Assembly: GCA_902500055.1 (NCBI GenBank)
Contig: GCA_902500055.1_4131.1
Direction: 5' to 3' (one strand)
From: Escherichia coli
GTDB lineage: Bacteria; Pseudomonadota; Gammaproteobacteria; Enterobacterales; Enterobacteriaceae
Length of the DNA stretch: 64,000 nt
The notes under the pieces are model-generated. The model worked only from the letters and a program-made list of their open reading frames with translations. It was not told the DNA's origin and did no database searches. The translations under genes and the position numbers were made by a program. The first letter of the stretch is position 1. Every line of letters begins with the position of its first letter. Below are positions 43,772 through 54,667 of the stretch, in pieces.

Positions 43772-44218
43772 TTAGTTATATGCAGTGAATAGATCAATAT
43801 TTTTATCATCTACACTGATTAATTTACCAGTTGAACTAACAAACACAATATTACCACCAGGGGTGATTTGAACACGCTGGTTTACTGAATATTGATCACT
43901 AAGGTTATAATTAGCCCATTCAACTACATAACGCTGTTCAACACCGTTAGTATCATATAGATAAACGTGTGTAACGTCACGCATTTTTAAACGGTCTAAC
44001 AGTGTAGAGTTGTCCATGAAATCCGATGGTGTATTGCTGCGTAATGCAATACCGAACTCACCGATAACAGTACTAATTGTCAGTCCGTTTGAAAAACGGC
44101 TACAAAGAGTCTTCTCATCAGCAATATGCATCCATAAAACATTCTTTACATCAATATCAACAAATTCACAGTTTTCAAAAACCAAACCTACTTTGGAAAC
44201 TTTACCATTAAATTGCAT
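43772..44218 (-). CDS. Hypothetical protein
   Basis: Intact 148-aa ORF in the tiling. Confidence 0.7.
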   Translation of the reverse strand: MQFNGKVSKVGLVFENCEFVDIDVKNVLWMHIADEKTLCSRFSNGLTISTVIGEFGIALRSNTPSDFMDNSTLLDRLKMRDVTHVYLYDTNGVEQRYVVEWANYNLSDQYSVNQRVQITPGGNIVFVSSTGKLISVDDKNIDLFTAYN

Positions 44219-44618
44219 TAGTAACTCCTATTTTTTTATATTTTAAAATTAAATCACTCACGGCTTTCATTAGCTTATATGGAATAGCTAACTCTTGAAC
44301 AGTACTTTCCATAAAATGTTCTTCTTCTGTATCATAAAATGTTGAACTATAGTGTTCACAATCATCTATACTATCATAAAAAGAAGACGTAAGTTTATCA
44401 ACAATGACAGTGATTTGTTTGTCAGTTTTGGCACATCCTACCTGAACGGTTAATCCAATATCATCAGCCTCTACACGAATTATAAACGAATTATTAGTAT
44501 AGTTCAGCCAACAATCTTCACCAAAGTATACAACACTGTGTTTCTTCTGAAATGAAGTTGCGGTGTTAAGAACACCAATAACAACATCAACTGTTTTTTC
44601 ATTTAAAATATTAGACAT
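44208..44618 (-). CDS. F-Q-x-S motif family protein
   Basis: Motif TEEEHFMESTV. The start was moved to MSNILNEK. Confidence 0.7.
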   Translation of the reverse strand: MSNILNEKTVDVVIGVLNTATSFQKKHSVVYFGEDCWLNYTNNSFIIRVEADDIGLTVQVGCAKTDKQITVIVDKLTSSFYDSIDDCEHYSSTFYDTEEEHFMESTVQELAIPYKLMKAVSDLILKYKKIGVTNAI

Positions 44619-45027
44619 TTTTATTCCTGCTTCGTATGTTTCGTGAAATCTCAAATATTCCATTCAACTGCTCAACAGTTAAACCCTGTAAATCGTAAAC
44701 TGTTGATAGCTGAAAGAACATCTCTGAATCTATAGTATCATGTTCAATTGGAAGACTCAAGAGGTCTTTATTAATAAAATAATCATATGTTCGAATTGTC
44801 AAAGAATCACCAAAGATATCAATGTAAAATTTCGGAACATTATGTAACGAAACATCTATTAATATGTTTTCAGCATATCTACAAGAAATTTTAGAATTAT
44901 TTTTATAAGATTGGTATGAAAAATTATAAGGTTCATCGACCAATGTGTATGATGAGGTATCACCTTCGGAAAATATTACACCACATTCAATAAGATGTGT
45001 TAACGACTTAGGTGGAATTTTTAACAT
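44611..45027 (-). CDS. F-Q-x-S motif family protein
   Basis: Motif DSEMFFQLSTVYDLQGLTVEQLNGI. The start was moved to MLKIPPKS. Confidence 0.7.
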   Translation of the reverse strand: MLKIPPKSLTHLIECGVIFSEGDTSSYTLVDEPYNFSYQSYKNNSKISCRYAENILIDVSLHNVPKFYIDIFGDSLTIRTYDYFINKDLLSLPIEHDTIDSEMFFQLSTVYDLQGLTVEQLNGIFEISRNIRSRNKNV

Positions 45028-45028
45028 T

Positions 45029-45448
45029 TCACTTCCCATCCTTACTCATATTACTACGGATCACCCCACTAAGAAAACATATTTTCCTTAATGTATCATA
45101 ACTGATATTTGTAAGATCATGTACAAAATTCAACTGCAAGTACATTTCTTCAGTTAATTGATTAAATGTATCATCAACATGAATGTTAGTATGTTCCGTT
45201 ATATCTATTTCTATATTATTTTCCCAAATATCAATGCTAACAGCATAGTCTGATGTATGTCTGGATTGAACTGAAATAAAAATATTATTACTGTTGTATA
45301 ATGTCTCTGTGTATCCATTCAAAAATGATCCAACGACAACATCAAAAATGCCATCTCTAATTGGGTTTTTTGTTTCAAACGTATCACTACAAACTTGACG
45401 GTATACAATGTCAACATACTTATCAATTAAAGTAAACAAATAACTCAT
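45029..45448 (-). CDS. F-Q-x-S motif family protein
   Basis: Motif TEEMYLQLNFVHDLTNISYDTL. The start was set at MSYLF (AGGTGA SD). Confidence 0.7.
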   Translation of the reverse strand: MSYLFTLIDKYVDIVYRQVCSDTFETKNPIRDGIFDVVVGSFLNGYTETLYNSNNIFISVQSRHTSDYAVSIDIWENNIEIDITEHTNIHVDDTFNQLTEEMYLQLNFVHDLTNISYDTLRKICFLSGVIRSNMSKDGK

Positions 45449-45472
45449 TGCATTCACCTATATAAGAAAAAA

Positions 45473-45493
45473 GGCCGATTCATCGAATCAGCC
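45473..45493 (-). terminator. Rho-independent terminator
   Basis: The minus sense reads GGCTGATTC-gat-GAATCGGCC followed by TTTTTTC. Confidence 0.7.
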
Positions 45494-45622
45494 TTAAGTA
45501 TAACACAGTAGAAGTTAAAAAGTCAACTTCTAAATTACAGCATCCAAGAGGAATAAAAAGATACTGTTAGAGGGTAACGAATATAATGAATTTGAGGGTA
45601 ATATCATTATACGTAAAAAAGT

Positions 45623-45669
45623 GATAGCTTCTATACATAAGGAGGAATCAGTACTGACTAGAAGCTATC
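45623..45669 (-). terminator. Long-loop hairpin followed by a U-run
   Basis: 11-bp stem GATAGCTTCTA...TAGAAGCTATC with a 25-nt loop, then ACTTTTTT on the minus sense. Confidence 0.5.
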
Positions 45670-45682
45670 GGGTTAAACGATT

Positions 45683-45967
45683 TCAGTACTGAGTGTTTAG
45701 TTTAGGATGAGTATTTCCATCTTCGATTTGTTTTAGAATCGAGTCACGAATTTCTACTGCCCCTTGATAACTATATTTATCTTTTGGGATCACCCATGTA
45801 TATTCGCCATCAGTGGTTTTAAAATCAATACATGGATTATCCCTGTATTCAGATGCAATGATTGCAATAACATGTAATGAATTCAATGAATGATTTGTAT
45901 AAGGATAATTGTTATTATCTCTGAACGTGAATGTTTTAAGTTCATCAGGTGCAACAATGAATTCCAT
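45683..45967 (-). CDS. Hypothetical protein
   Basis: Intact 94-aa ORF in the tiling. Confidence 0.7.
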   Translation of the reverse strand: MEFIVAPDELKTFTFRDNNNYPYTNHSLNSLHVIAIIASEYRDNPCIDFKTTDGEYTWVIPKDKYSYQGAVEIRDSILKQIEDGNTHPKLNTQY

Positions 45968-46158
45968 TATTCATCCTCGTACTTCTTGAATGGTGGAACA
46001 TCTACCTTGAAGTCTTTGCACATCTTAGTTGTACGAACTTCAGTATTGTTGTGATAATTTTTCTTAAATTCATAAGAAACATAATTACGAATACCAGGTG
46101 TATGAATAATAGCAAGAACCAATGTACGACCAAACAAGCATAATAAATTCCAGAACAT
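45967..46158 (-). CDS. Small N-terminally anchored protein
   Basis: Hydrophobic start MFWNLLCLFGRTLVLAII. Confidence 0.6.
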   Translation of the reverse strand: MFWNLLCLFGRTLVLAIIHTPGIRNYVSYEFKKNYHNNTEVRTTKMCKDFKVDVPPFKKYEDE

Positions 46159-46167
46159 ATGAATCTC

Positions 46168-46533
46168 CTAATTGTGGGTTTTAACCAAACGTGAGACAGC
46201 TAGTATAGCATTAACCTCATCCAATGTCAACCCACCAATGTCATTAATCATTGAGTACTGAAATAGTGATTCTTCAGTGTAATGGTAATCATGAGAAGCA
46301 ATAAAGATTGCTGGTTTAGATGCATCCAAAATTATCTTTGTCATTGTACTATATATATCAAATTGATATAATAGATTTTCACCTGTATATGCTACGTAGA
46401 TATTATTTGAATAGGCTGGATGTACCATTGTAAAACCATCATAACATAATATTTTTATGTTCGGATCGTCAAAATTGCCTGTATAAAGGTTATTACAAAC
46501 ATCTTGCATTATACGTACTATTAGACTAGTCAT
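46168..46533 (-). CDS. F-Q-x-S motif family protein
   Basis: Motif TEESLFQYSMINDIGGLTLDEVNAI. Confidence 0.7.
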   Translation of the reverse strand: MTSLIVRIMQDVCNNLYTGNFDDPNIKILCYDGFTMVHPAYSNNIYVAYTGENLLYQFDIYSTMTKIILDASKPAIFIASHDYHYTEESLFQYSMINDIGGLTLDEVNAILAVSRLVKTHN

Positions 46534-46954
46534 TTAACGGATTTAATACCTCTTCTGGAATCAATCTTTGAACTTTAAGGATAGCACTAATGTCATCAAA
46601 TGTTAATCCTAATGTGTTGTTAACGAGGCAGTACTGGAAGAATTTTTCTTCAGTGTTTATATCATCTACATTAAATTCAATGTTTTCATCAATATAATAA
46701 TCTTCATTAAAATTATCATATTCAGAAATTCTAAATGTAACAGTGTTCAAATACATATCAATTGAATAAAACTGCTTATTAAGTTCATAAGCCATAAAAA
46801 TATTAAAACATTTACTCAAATCAGTGATTTCATTCAATTCTGGATCATAGCAAAAAACACGCACTTCACCAACGTCTTCTACTTGTACATCGTGTAGTGA
46901 CCATGTTTTATTTTGTAATACATAATCAACAAATTTTACAATGTTCATTTTCAT
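46526..46954 (-). CDS. F-Q-x-S motif family protein
   Basis: Motif TEEKFFQYCLVNNTLGLTFDDISAI. Confidence 0.7.
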   Translation of the reverse strand: MKMNIVKFVDYVLQNKTWSLHDVQVEDVGEVRVFCYDPELNEITDLSKCFNIFMAYELNKQFYSIDMYLNTVTFRISEYDNFNEDYYIDENIEFNVDDINTEEKFFQYCLVNNTLGLTFDDISAILKVQRLIPEEVLNPLND

Positions 46955-46970
46955 TGTGTACCTTAAAAAT

Positions 46971-47672
46971 TTATTTACGATTCCTTGCGGAGTTTTTATT
47001 TCTTGCTCTAAATGTCGGTGTCATTGAATGACAATTCGGACAAAGAATTTTTAAATTCGATAGGTCATTATTTGTTGCATCACCATCAATATGTTCAACT
47101 TCGGTAAGGACTGCACCATCAACTGGATGACGTTCATCCCATCCACAATCTTCACATGCAGTTCCACGTGTTTCATGTAGGTATCTTCTCACATAATTAC
47201 TAATTTTGCAAGTCTTACCAGTACAACCCAGTTTATCACCAGCAAGCCAAGACTTAACATAAGTGTCATATTGGTGCTGTTTATGGCATTTCGAATCACA
47301 ATATTTCTTATCTGTTTTTCCTTTAGGTATAAATGTATTACATGATAAACAGTACTGATCCTTCACCATCTCACCTGTATGTCGGTTATAACCTTTATTA
47401 TTATAACTAGCAGCACAAGATTGATTGCAAAATTTCTTTACTTCAACCCCTTTACAAAAAGGTATTGAGTTATGACACATCAAACACAACGTTGGATTTT
47501 CATTATAATATCTTTCACGAAATTCTTTATTAAGATTCGACAATGTAAATCCATACTTTAATAGTATTGTATTATAAGAAGGTAGTTCTTTACATTCATT
47601 GATATCTTTTTTGGTTATATTTGATTTTTTATTTTTGTATAGATTGTACATAATCTCTTTCATAACATCCAT
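46971..47672 (-). CDS. HNH endonuclease with Cys-rich zinc-finger region
   Basis: CEDCGW...VEHIDGDATNNDLSNLKILCPNCHSMT, with multiple CxxC pairs upstream. Confidence 0.8.
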   Translation of the reverse strand: MDVMKEIMYNLYKNKKSNITKKDINECKELPSYNTILLKYGFTLSNLNKEFRERYYNENPTLCLMCHNSIPFCKGVEVKKFCNQSCAASYNNKGYNRHTGEMVKDQYCLSCNTFIPKGKTDKKYCDSKCHKQHQYDTYVKSWLAGDKLGCTGKTCKISNYVRRYLHETRGTACEDCGWDERHPVDGAVLTEVEHIDGDATNNDLSNLKILCPNCHSMTPTFRARNKNSARNRK

Positions 47673-47729
47673 ATCCTATATAAGTAATATATAGTATTTA
47701 GTGCTATGAAATAGATTCGAACTTATTTG

Positions 47730-47803
47730 TGCCCCAATTCCGACTCGAACGGAAAAATCTCACGATTACAAATCGTGTGCATTACCAATTTTGCTATTGA
47801 GGC
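47730..47803 (-). tRNA. tRNA-Thr (anticodon UGU)
   Basis: Cloverleaf folded by hand. Acceptor GCCTCAA/TTGGGGC, anticodon arm CACGA-TTTGTAA-TCGTG, T arm TTCCG-TTCGAGT-CGGAA. Confidence 0.85.
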
Positions 47804-47886
47804 TAATTTAGGAAGTAAGATAACCAACAAGTCTCCATACTCTTTCGCATTGAGGGGAGGTCATCTTACTGTATTATTTATCATTT

Positions 47887-48064
<178 letters not shown>

Positions 48065-48066
48065 TA

Positions 48067-48192
<126 letters not shown>

Positions 48193-48211
48193 GCATACTC
48201 GAAGTACCTCT

Positions 48212-48317
<106 letters not shown>

Positions 48318-48361
48318 AATTGCTTTATAAGCTACTGAATCGGGAATCACAACCTCCCCAT

Positions 48362-48616
<255 letters not shown>

Positions 48617-48625
48617 TAATACCCG

Positions 48626-49027
48626 CTAGTAGTTTAAGTCTGCGGCGTTGAATACACCAAGTGAAGTCTTACCACGTAGTTTAGGTGAAAGGACATACTT
48701 TGTCAATTTCTTTTTACCGTACCAGTGATTGAATTCGTCTTCAGTAACATGTGGGTTCTGGAAATCGTATTCACGTTTCTTATGAAGTTTTTTAGCTTGT
48801 TCTGCAATCTTAGTTCGTTGATCTTCTGGAATGTCGAATGTATTGTTACGTTTGCACCATTCGTGCACTAATGCTTCCAGAAGGAACTGTTCAGTTTCTT
48901 TGACTAGAGTGATTTTAGTCAAGCCTTTTTCGATGTTCATATAATCATCGACATATCCATTCCAAATAACAATCTCTGGATTGCCGTCAATCTCTTGAAG
49001 CATTTTGATCAAGTCATTCTTTTTCAT
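48626..49027 (-). CDS. Hypothetical protein
   Basis: Intact 133-aa ORF in the tiling. Confidence 0.7.
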   Translation of the reverse strand: MKKNDLIKMLQEIDGNPEIVIWNGYVDDYMNIEKGLTKITLVKETEQFLLEALVHEWCKRNNTFDIPEDQRTKIAEQAKKLHKKREYDFQNPHVTEDEFNHWYGKKKLTKYVLSPKLRGKTSLGVFNAADLNY

Positions 49028-49035
49028 TTAAATTC

Positions 49036-49293
<258 letters not shown>

Positions 49294-49316
49294 GTATACC
49301 TCTCGTTGTTTTTTTG

Positions 49317-49389
49317 CGACTCTGGAGGAACTCGAATCCCCAACCAATTAATTAACAGTTAATCGCACCACCTATTGTGCTACAGAGTC
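49317..49389 (-). tRNA. tRNA-Asn (anticodon GUU)
   Basis: Acceptor GACTCTG/CAGAGTC, anticodon arm ATTAA-CTGTTAA-TTAAT, T arm GGGGA-TTCGAGT-TCCTC. Confidence 0.85.
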
Positions 49390-49397
49390 ATAATTAT

Positions 49398-50102
49398 TTA
49401 TAAGCCATGTCTTTTCAAAAATCTAGCAAACACATTTTTGGAAGCACCATAACTTTCATATATACTAACTTTTTTCTCACCATTATTCAAACGTTGTTTG
49501 ATATCTTCTATGTTATCTTCTAAACGTTTTACGTTTGCAAATTTCTTAGATGGTATATTATTTTTGGTTCTATAATTCAGTACTGAACCTGAACTAATAT
49601 TCATTATTTTAGCAATTTCAGTATCTAATAAACCTTGGTTAATATATTCTTTTACCTTTTCATAATCAACAGATGTTTCACCACCCTTTGTATTAGAAGG
49701 AGGCTTGACCATTTTTTGTGAACACTCAACACTACAATATTTTGTATATGATTTCACTTTAGTATGCCTACGGGTAAATTCCATATTACAACAAGCACAT
49801 ACAAATGAATCATATCGTGCTTGCACACCATTCTTATGTGTTTTATAACGATGTTCATCAACATGAAGTATTTGCAAATTTGACAAATCATCATTTGTGA
49901 AATCATTATCAATGTGGTCTGCTTCTTCAGACTCAGTTAAATATCTACCTTCTTGTACTGCTAATAGATATCTGGCATATTGAGTACTGCTTCTATCAGT
50001 TGGAGAATTATAAAGTATTACAGTTCTTCTACCTTCAGGGTTTATCTGTATATACCCATTCTCCCAATCATTACTGTATGGATATTCTAATTTTATTTTC
50101 AT
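49398..50102 (-). CDS. HNH endonuclease with C-terminal helix-turn-helix-like region
   Basis: EADHIDNDFTNDDLSNLQILHVDEHRYKTH. The C-terminal DTEIAKIMNISSGSVLNYR looks like an HTH. Confidence 0.8.
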   Translation of the reverse strand: MKIKLEYPYSNDWENGYIQINPEGRRTVILYNSPTDRSSTQYARYLLAVQEGRYLTESEEADHIDNDFTNDDLSNLQILHVDEHRYKTHKNGVQARYDSFVCACCNMEFTRRHTKVKSYTKYCSVECSQKMVKPPSNTKGGETSVDYEKVKEYINQGLLDTEIAKIMNISSGSVLNYRTKNNIPSKKFANVKRLEDNIEDIKQRLNNGEKKVSIYESYGASKNVFARFLKRHGL

Positions 50103-50121
50103 TATTTTATTTCAAAGTTTG

Positions 50122-50426
50122 TGAGCCATCTGTGAGTCGAACACAGTACCTAACGATTCGTATAATCTATAGTTTTCACTATAGTACGGACTATATCATC
50201 ATCCCATAGGGATGCCGGACGCTAATGATGTATTACACAGTAAGATCGTACTGTACCATCTAGTCTCTGCACCTTCCCAATACGCTTATTGGGCTTGGCT
50301 CAGGATTGTCATCACCATTACGTGTTAAGATTTCCCTGAATTCATCCAGTTTTTCAATCACCATTACTGATGAAAGTCACCATTGTCGATGAGTCGTTTG
50401 CTCTAACCACCGTGAGCTAATGGCCC
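50122..50426 (-). tRNA. tRNA with CAU anticodon (elongator Met or Ile2), split by a group I intron
   Basis: 5' exon at 50389-50426 is GGGCCATTAGCTCACGGTGGTTAGAGCAAACGACTCAT. 3' exon at 50122-50158 is AATCGTTAGGTACTGTGTTCGACTCACAGATGGCTCA. Joined, they give a full cloverleaf with anticodon loop CTCATAA. It lacks the initiator features (1:72 is paired and there is no GGG/CCC in the anticodon stem). Confidence 0.85.
50159..50388 (-). mobile_element. ORF-less group I intron (230 nt) in the tRNA anticodon loop
   Basis: The conserved core elements are read directly. P-like TTCAGGGAAATC (50329-50340), Q-like AATCCTGAGCC (50297-50307), R GCAGAGACTAGA (about 50261-50270), S GATATAGTCC (50188-50197). 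The 5' splice site follows U and the intron ends in G. Confidence 0.85.
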
Positions 50427-50433
50427 GATTTAG

Positions 50434-50670
<237 letters not shown>

Positions 50671-50676
50671 AAATTA

Positions 50677-50695
50677 ATTATATCAGTACTGAAAA

Positions 50696-50705
<10 letters not shown>
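50677..50705 (-). promoter_or_regulatory. Sigma-70 promoter TGGACA-N17-TATAAT (extended -10 TGa) in front of tRNA-Ser
   Basis: The reverse complement reads TGGACAatagttttcagtactgaTATAAT. The tRNA 5' end lies 6 nt after the -10. Confidence 0.7.
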
Positions 50706-51085
<380 letters not shown>

Positions 51086-51448
51086 ATCACCAACTTTAAT
51101 TAAAAAAAATGGATGGTGACGCTTTTAAACGTCGCTGTCAATTCAGCTTTATAACCACCCGTTTTAACTTACCTTTCGGCTACCTTGACGTGGGGCGTAC
51201 AGGCTACTAAAAGCAACTTCTGTAAACATATTTCCACGCCTTACCCTTTTAAATAAAAGTCCATCCGGTTTTCCAGTTTGATGAAGGACTGTCACCTCTA
51301 GTTTAAACCTGCTAGTCAAGTAATAATTGCCTATCGTCCAATTATCAAACCCGTCTAGGTTAACATTCACCACTTCCTAGAGTACCAGAGATCTTGTTCT
51401 GGATTGCATCGACGTAACTTACACCATATACGTCTGATTGTGGAATTC

Positions 51449-51486
<38 letters not shown>

Positions 51487-51543
51487 ACAAATCTGGACGT
51501 TCATCTTTAAACATATTAATATCCTCAGTACTGAATTATTTAG

Positions 51544-51956
<413 letters not shown>

Positions 51957-51968
51957 GCTTTTTTTTAA

Positions 51969-52129
<161 letters not shown>

Positions 52130-52133
<4 letters not shown>

Positions 52134-52294
52134 ATTCGTACCATTAGTTCAATTAAGTACTTTTTATATTCTGGGTCGTTGATAAGTTTATCATACAGAT
52201 GCAACTTTGAAATGAATTCCCAATGATACTTTAGCCATTTACCAATACCTGCATATCTAAAATTAATATCATTCATCCATTCTTCATGCGTCAT
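52130..52294 (-). CDS. MTHEEW micro-protein, 54 aa
   Basis: My own translation is MTHEEWMNDINFRYAGIGKWLKYHWEFISKLHLYDKLINDPEYKKYLIELMVRI. ATGA coupling at both ends. Confidence 0.65.
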
Positions 52295-52455
52295 ATTCGT
52301 ACCATTATTTCAATAAAGAACCACGGATACACTTCATGATTTATAAGTTTATCGTATTCTGCTGGGTCTGATATAATCTCCCAATGATATTTTCGCCAAT
52401 TACCTATGCCGGAGTATCTGAACTTTAGTTCACTTAACCATTCTTCATGGGTCAT
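52291..52455 (-). CDS. MTHEEW micro-protein, 54 aa
   Basis: My own translation is MTHEEWLSELKFRYSGIGNWRKYHWEIISDPAEYDKLINHEVYPWFFIEIMVRI. Confidence 0.65.
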   Translation of the reverse strand: MTHEEWLSELKFRYSGIGNWRKYHWEIISDPAEYDKLINHEVYPWFFIEIMVRI

Positions 52456-52489
52456 GGTTTTCCCTTTTAATTAATGGAATATAATTGTA

Positions 52490-53032
<543 letters not shown>

Positions 53033-53046
53033 AATATTATATTTTA

Positions 53047-53118
53047 TAAAGGGCCGGAGAATCGAACTCCGATTGGATTCTTAGAAGGAATCTGTTTTAT
53101 CCGTTAAACTAGCCCCTC
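53047..53118 (-). tRNA. tRNA-Arg (anticodon UCU)
   Basis: D arm GTTT/AAAC, anticodon arm GATTC-CTTCTAA-GAATC, T arm CGGAG-TTCGATT-CTCCG. The acceptor has two G-U pairs. Confidence 0.8.
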
Positions 53119-53128
53119 AGTACTAATA

Positions 53129-53156
53129 ATTATATCACATCTTTTTGTGCTGTCCC
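53129..53156 (-). promoter_or_regulatory. Promoter GGGACA-N16-TATAAT (extended -10 TGa) in front of tRNA-Arg
   Basis: The reverse complement reads GGGACAgcacaaaaagatgtgaTATAAT. The tRNA starts 10 nt after the -10. Confidence 0.55.
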
Positions 53157-53161
53157 ATTAT

Positions 53162-53434
53162 TTATGATTCGGTTTGGGGATTAAATTTGATAAATTCATC
53201 TTTATGTTCATCTTCGATTGCAATATCTTCTACATCTTCAGGCCAGATTGTGGTGTCATCTTGGAAGAAGCGATAATTATCGAATTCTGCACTACGTGTT
53301 CTTCCCTGTTTCCAACCAATAGTGCAGTCATGATATACATCACCACTACGTGTACGAATACTAATTGAGTCTTGTGTTTCATAAAGAACATCAATGCGTG
53401 TGTCACGACTTGTGTTGAATTTTTCAAAATGCAT
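53162..53434 (-). CDS. Hypothetical acidic protein
   Basis: The start was moved to MHFEKFNT (GAGGA SD). Confidence 0.65.
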   Translation of the reverse strand: MHFEKFNTSRDTRIDVLYETQDSISIRTRSGDVYHDCTIGWKQGRTRSAEFDNYRFFQDDTTIWPEDVEDIAIEDEHKDEFIKFNPQTES

Positions 53435-53528
53435 AATATTATCCTCATTTAGAACCAATGATAATCATTATATAATGAATTAATCATTTATGCAAGTGCT
53501 TTAGATACACTAACGCAATTTTCTATAT

Positions 53529-53708
53529 TCATTGTTTGATTGTTTTTCTAAATGCCAGTTCGCATATAAACCAGGGTTTTCTGGTATCCAAAACATATGA
53601 CCTGAAAAGATTTTCATCTCTTAAGATGTCATAGTGTACCTGACGAATACCATTCCCAAAGAAATCATGTTCTTTATGTTGTTTGGACATCCATTCTTTG
53701 TGTGTCAT
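53529..53708 (-). CDS. MTHEEW-family micro-protein, 59 aa (MTHKEW variant)
   Basis: My own translation is MTHKEWMSKQHKEHDFFGNGIRQVHYDILRDENLFRSYVLDTRKPWFICELAFRKTIKQ. Confidence 0.6.
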   Translation of the reverse strand: MTHKEWMSKQHKEHDFFGNGIRQVHYDILRDENLFRSYVLDTRKPWFICELAFRKTIKQ

Positions 53709-53709
53709 T

Positions 53710-54045
<336 letters not shown>

Positions 54046-54050
54046 TCTTA

Positions 54051-54227
54051 CTATTTTTTATCTCTAATAGCAAGCTCGTAGATGAACCAGTGGTTGGAAT
54101 CTTCGTCCAAAACCAATGATTCGAACGTTTTTTTATCGTTCAAAATATCATAATGGCCTTGGCGTATACCAAATCCAAAATGATCATGTTTATATTTTAG
54201 TGACTCTATCCATTCTTCATGTGTCAT
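54051..54227 (-). CDS. MTHEEW micro-protein, 58 aa
   Basis: The start was moved to MTHEEWIESLKYKHDHFGFGIRQGHYDIL.... Confidence 0.65.
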   Translation of the reverse strand: MTHEEWIESLKYKHDHFGFGIRQGHYDILNDKKTFESLVLDEDSNHWFIYELAIRDKK

Positions 54228-54305
54228 TTTATGTATCCAGTTCAATTAAGTGTTTCATTTATTCTTCTGTAAAGAAAGCATTGCAATGGACAATGGAAAA
54301 GGTTA

Positions 54306-54485
54306 TTATATTTTTTTGTCTCTAACCGCAAGCTCATAGATGAACCAACGATTTCCATTCTCATCTAGTACATATGATTCGAACTTATATTTGTCTCGTA
54401 AAATATCGAAATGACCATCAATAAATCCATTTCCAAACTGGTCATAACGTTTTTTCATCATTGCCATCCATTCTTCATGTGTCAT
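54306..54485 (-). CDS. MTHEEW micro-protein, 59 aa
   Basis: My own translation is MTHEEWMAMMKKRYDQFGNGFIDGHFDILRDKYKFESYVLDENGNRWFIYELAVRDKKI. ATGA overlap with 54482..54667. Confidence 0.65.
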   Translation of the reverse strand: MTHEEWMAMMKKRYDQFGNGFIDGHFDILRDKYKFESYVLDENGNRWFIYELAVRDKKI

Positions 54486-54667
54486 CTCTTAATATCCATA
54501 ACGGCTATACTAAAATATGTACCAAAATCATCACAATTGATAATGTTGTTATAGTACTCAATTGGGTTACGCAATGATATATACAATTCAAGCTTAAAAT
54601 AGTATATATCTGCTGCATTTATATTATAGTGTAGATTAAACCACTCATCAAATGTCTTAGGCTGCAT
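54482..54667 (-). CDS. Hypothetical protein
   Basis: Intact 61-aa ORF in the tiling. Confidence 0.55.
   Translation of the reverse strand: MQPKTFDEWFNLHYNINAADIYYFKLELYISLRNPIEYYNNIINCDDFGTYFSIAVMDIKR

Noticed and set aside
47804-47880. A possible seventh tRNA just upstream of tRNA-Thr (8-bp closing stem AGTAAGAT/ATCTTACT).
   Set aside because: It is only about 57 nt between the stem ends. No D arm, 7-nt anticodon loop or T-loop can be drawn, so it is treated as a hairpin element.
51164-51373. The 69-aa minus-strand ORF in the 51.1-51.4 kb gap.
   Set aside because: It is not listed as a CDS. It has a GTG start with no spacing from the AGGAA, and the region looks more like a structured leader. 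It remains possible and is flagged in the findings.
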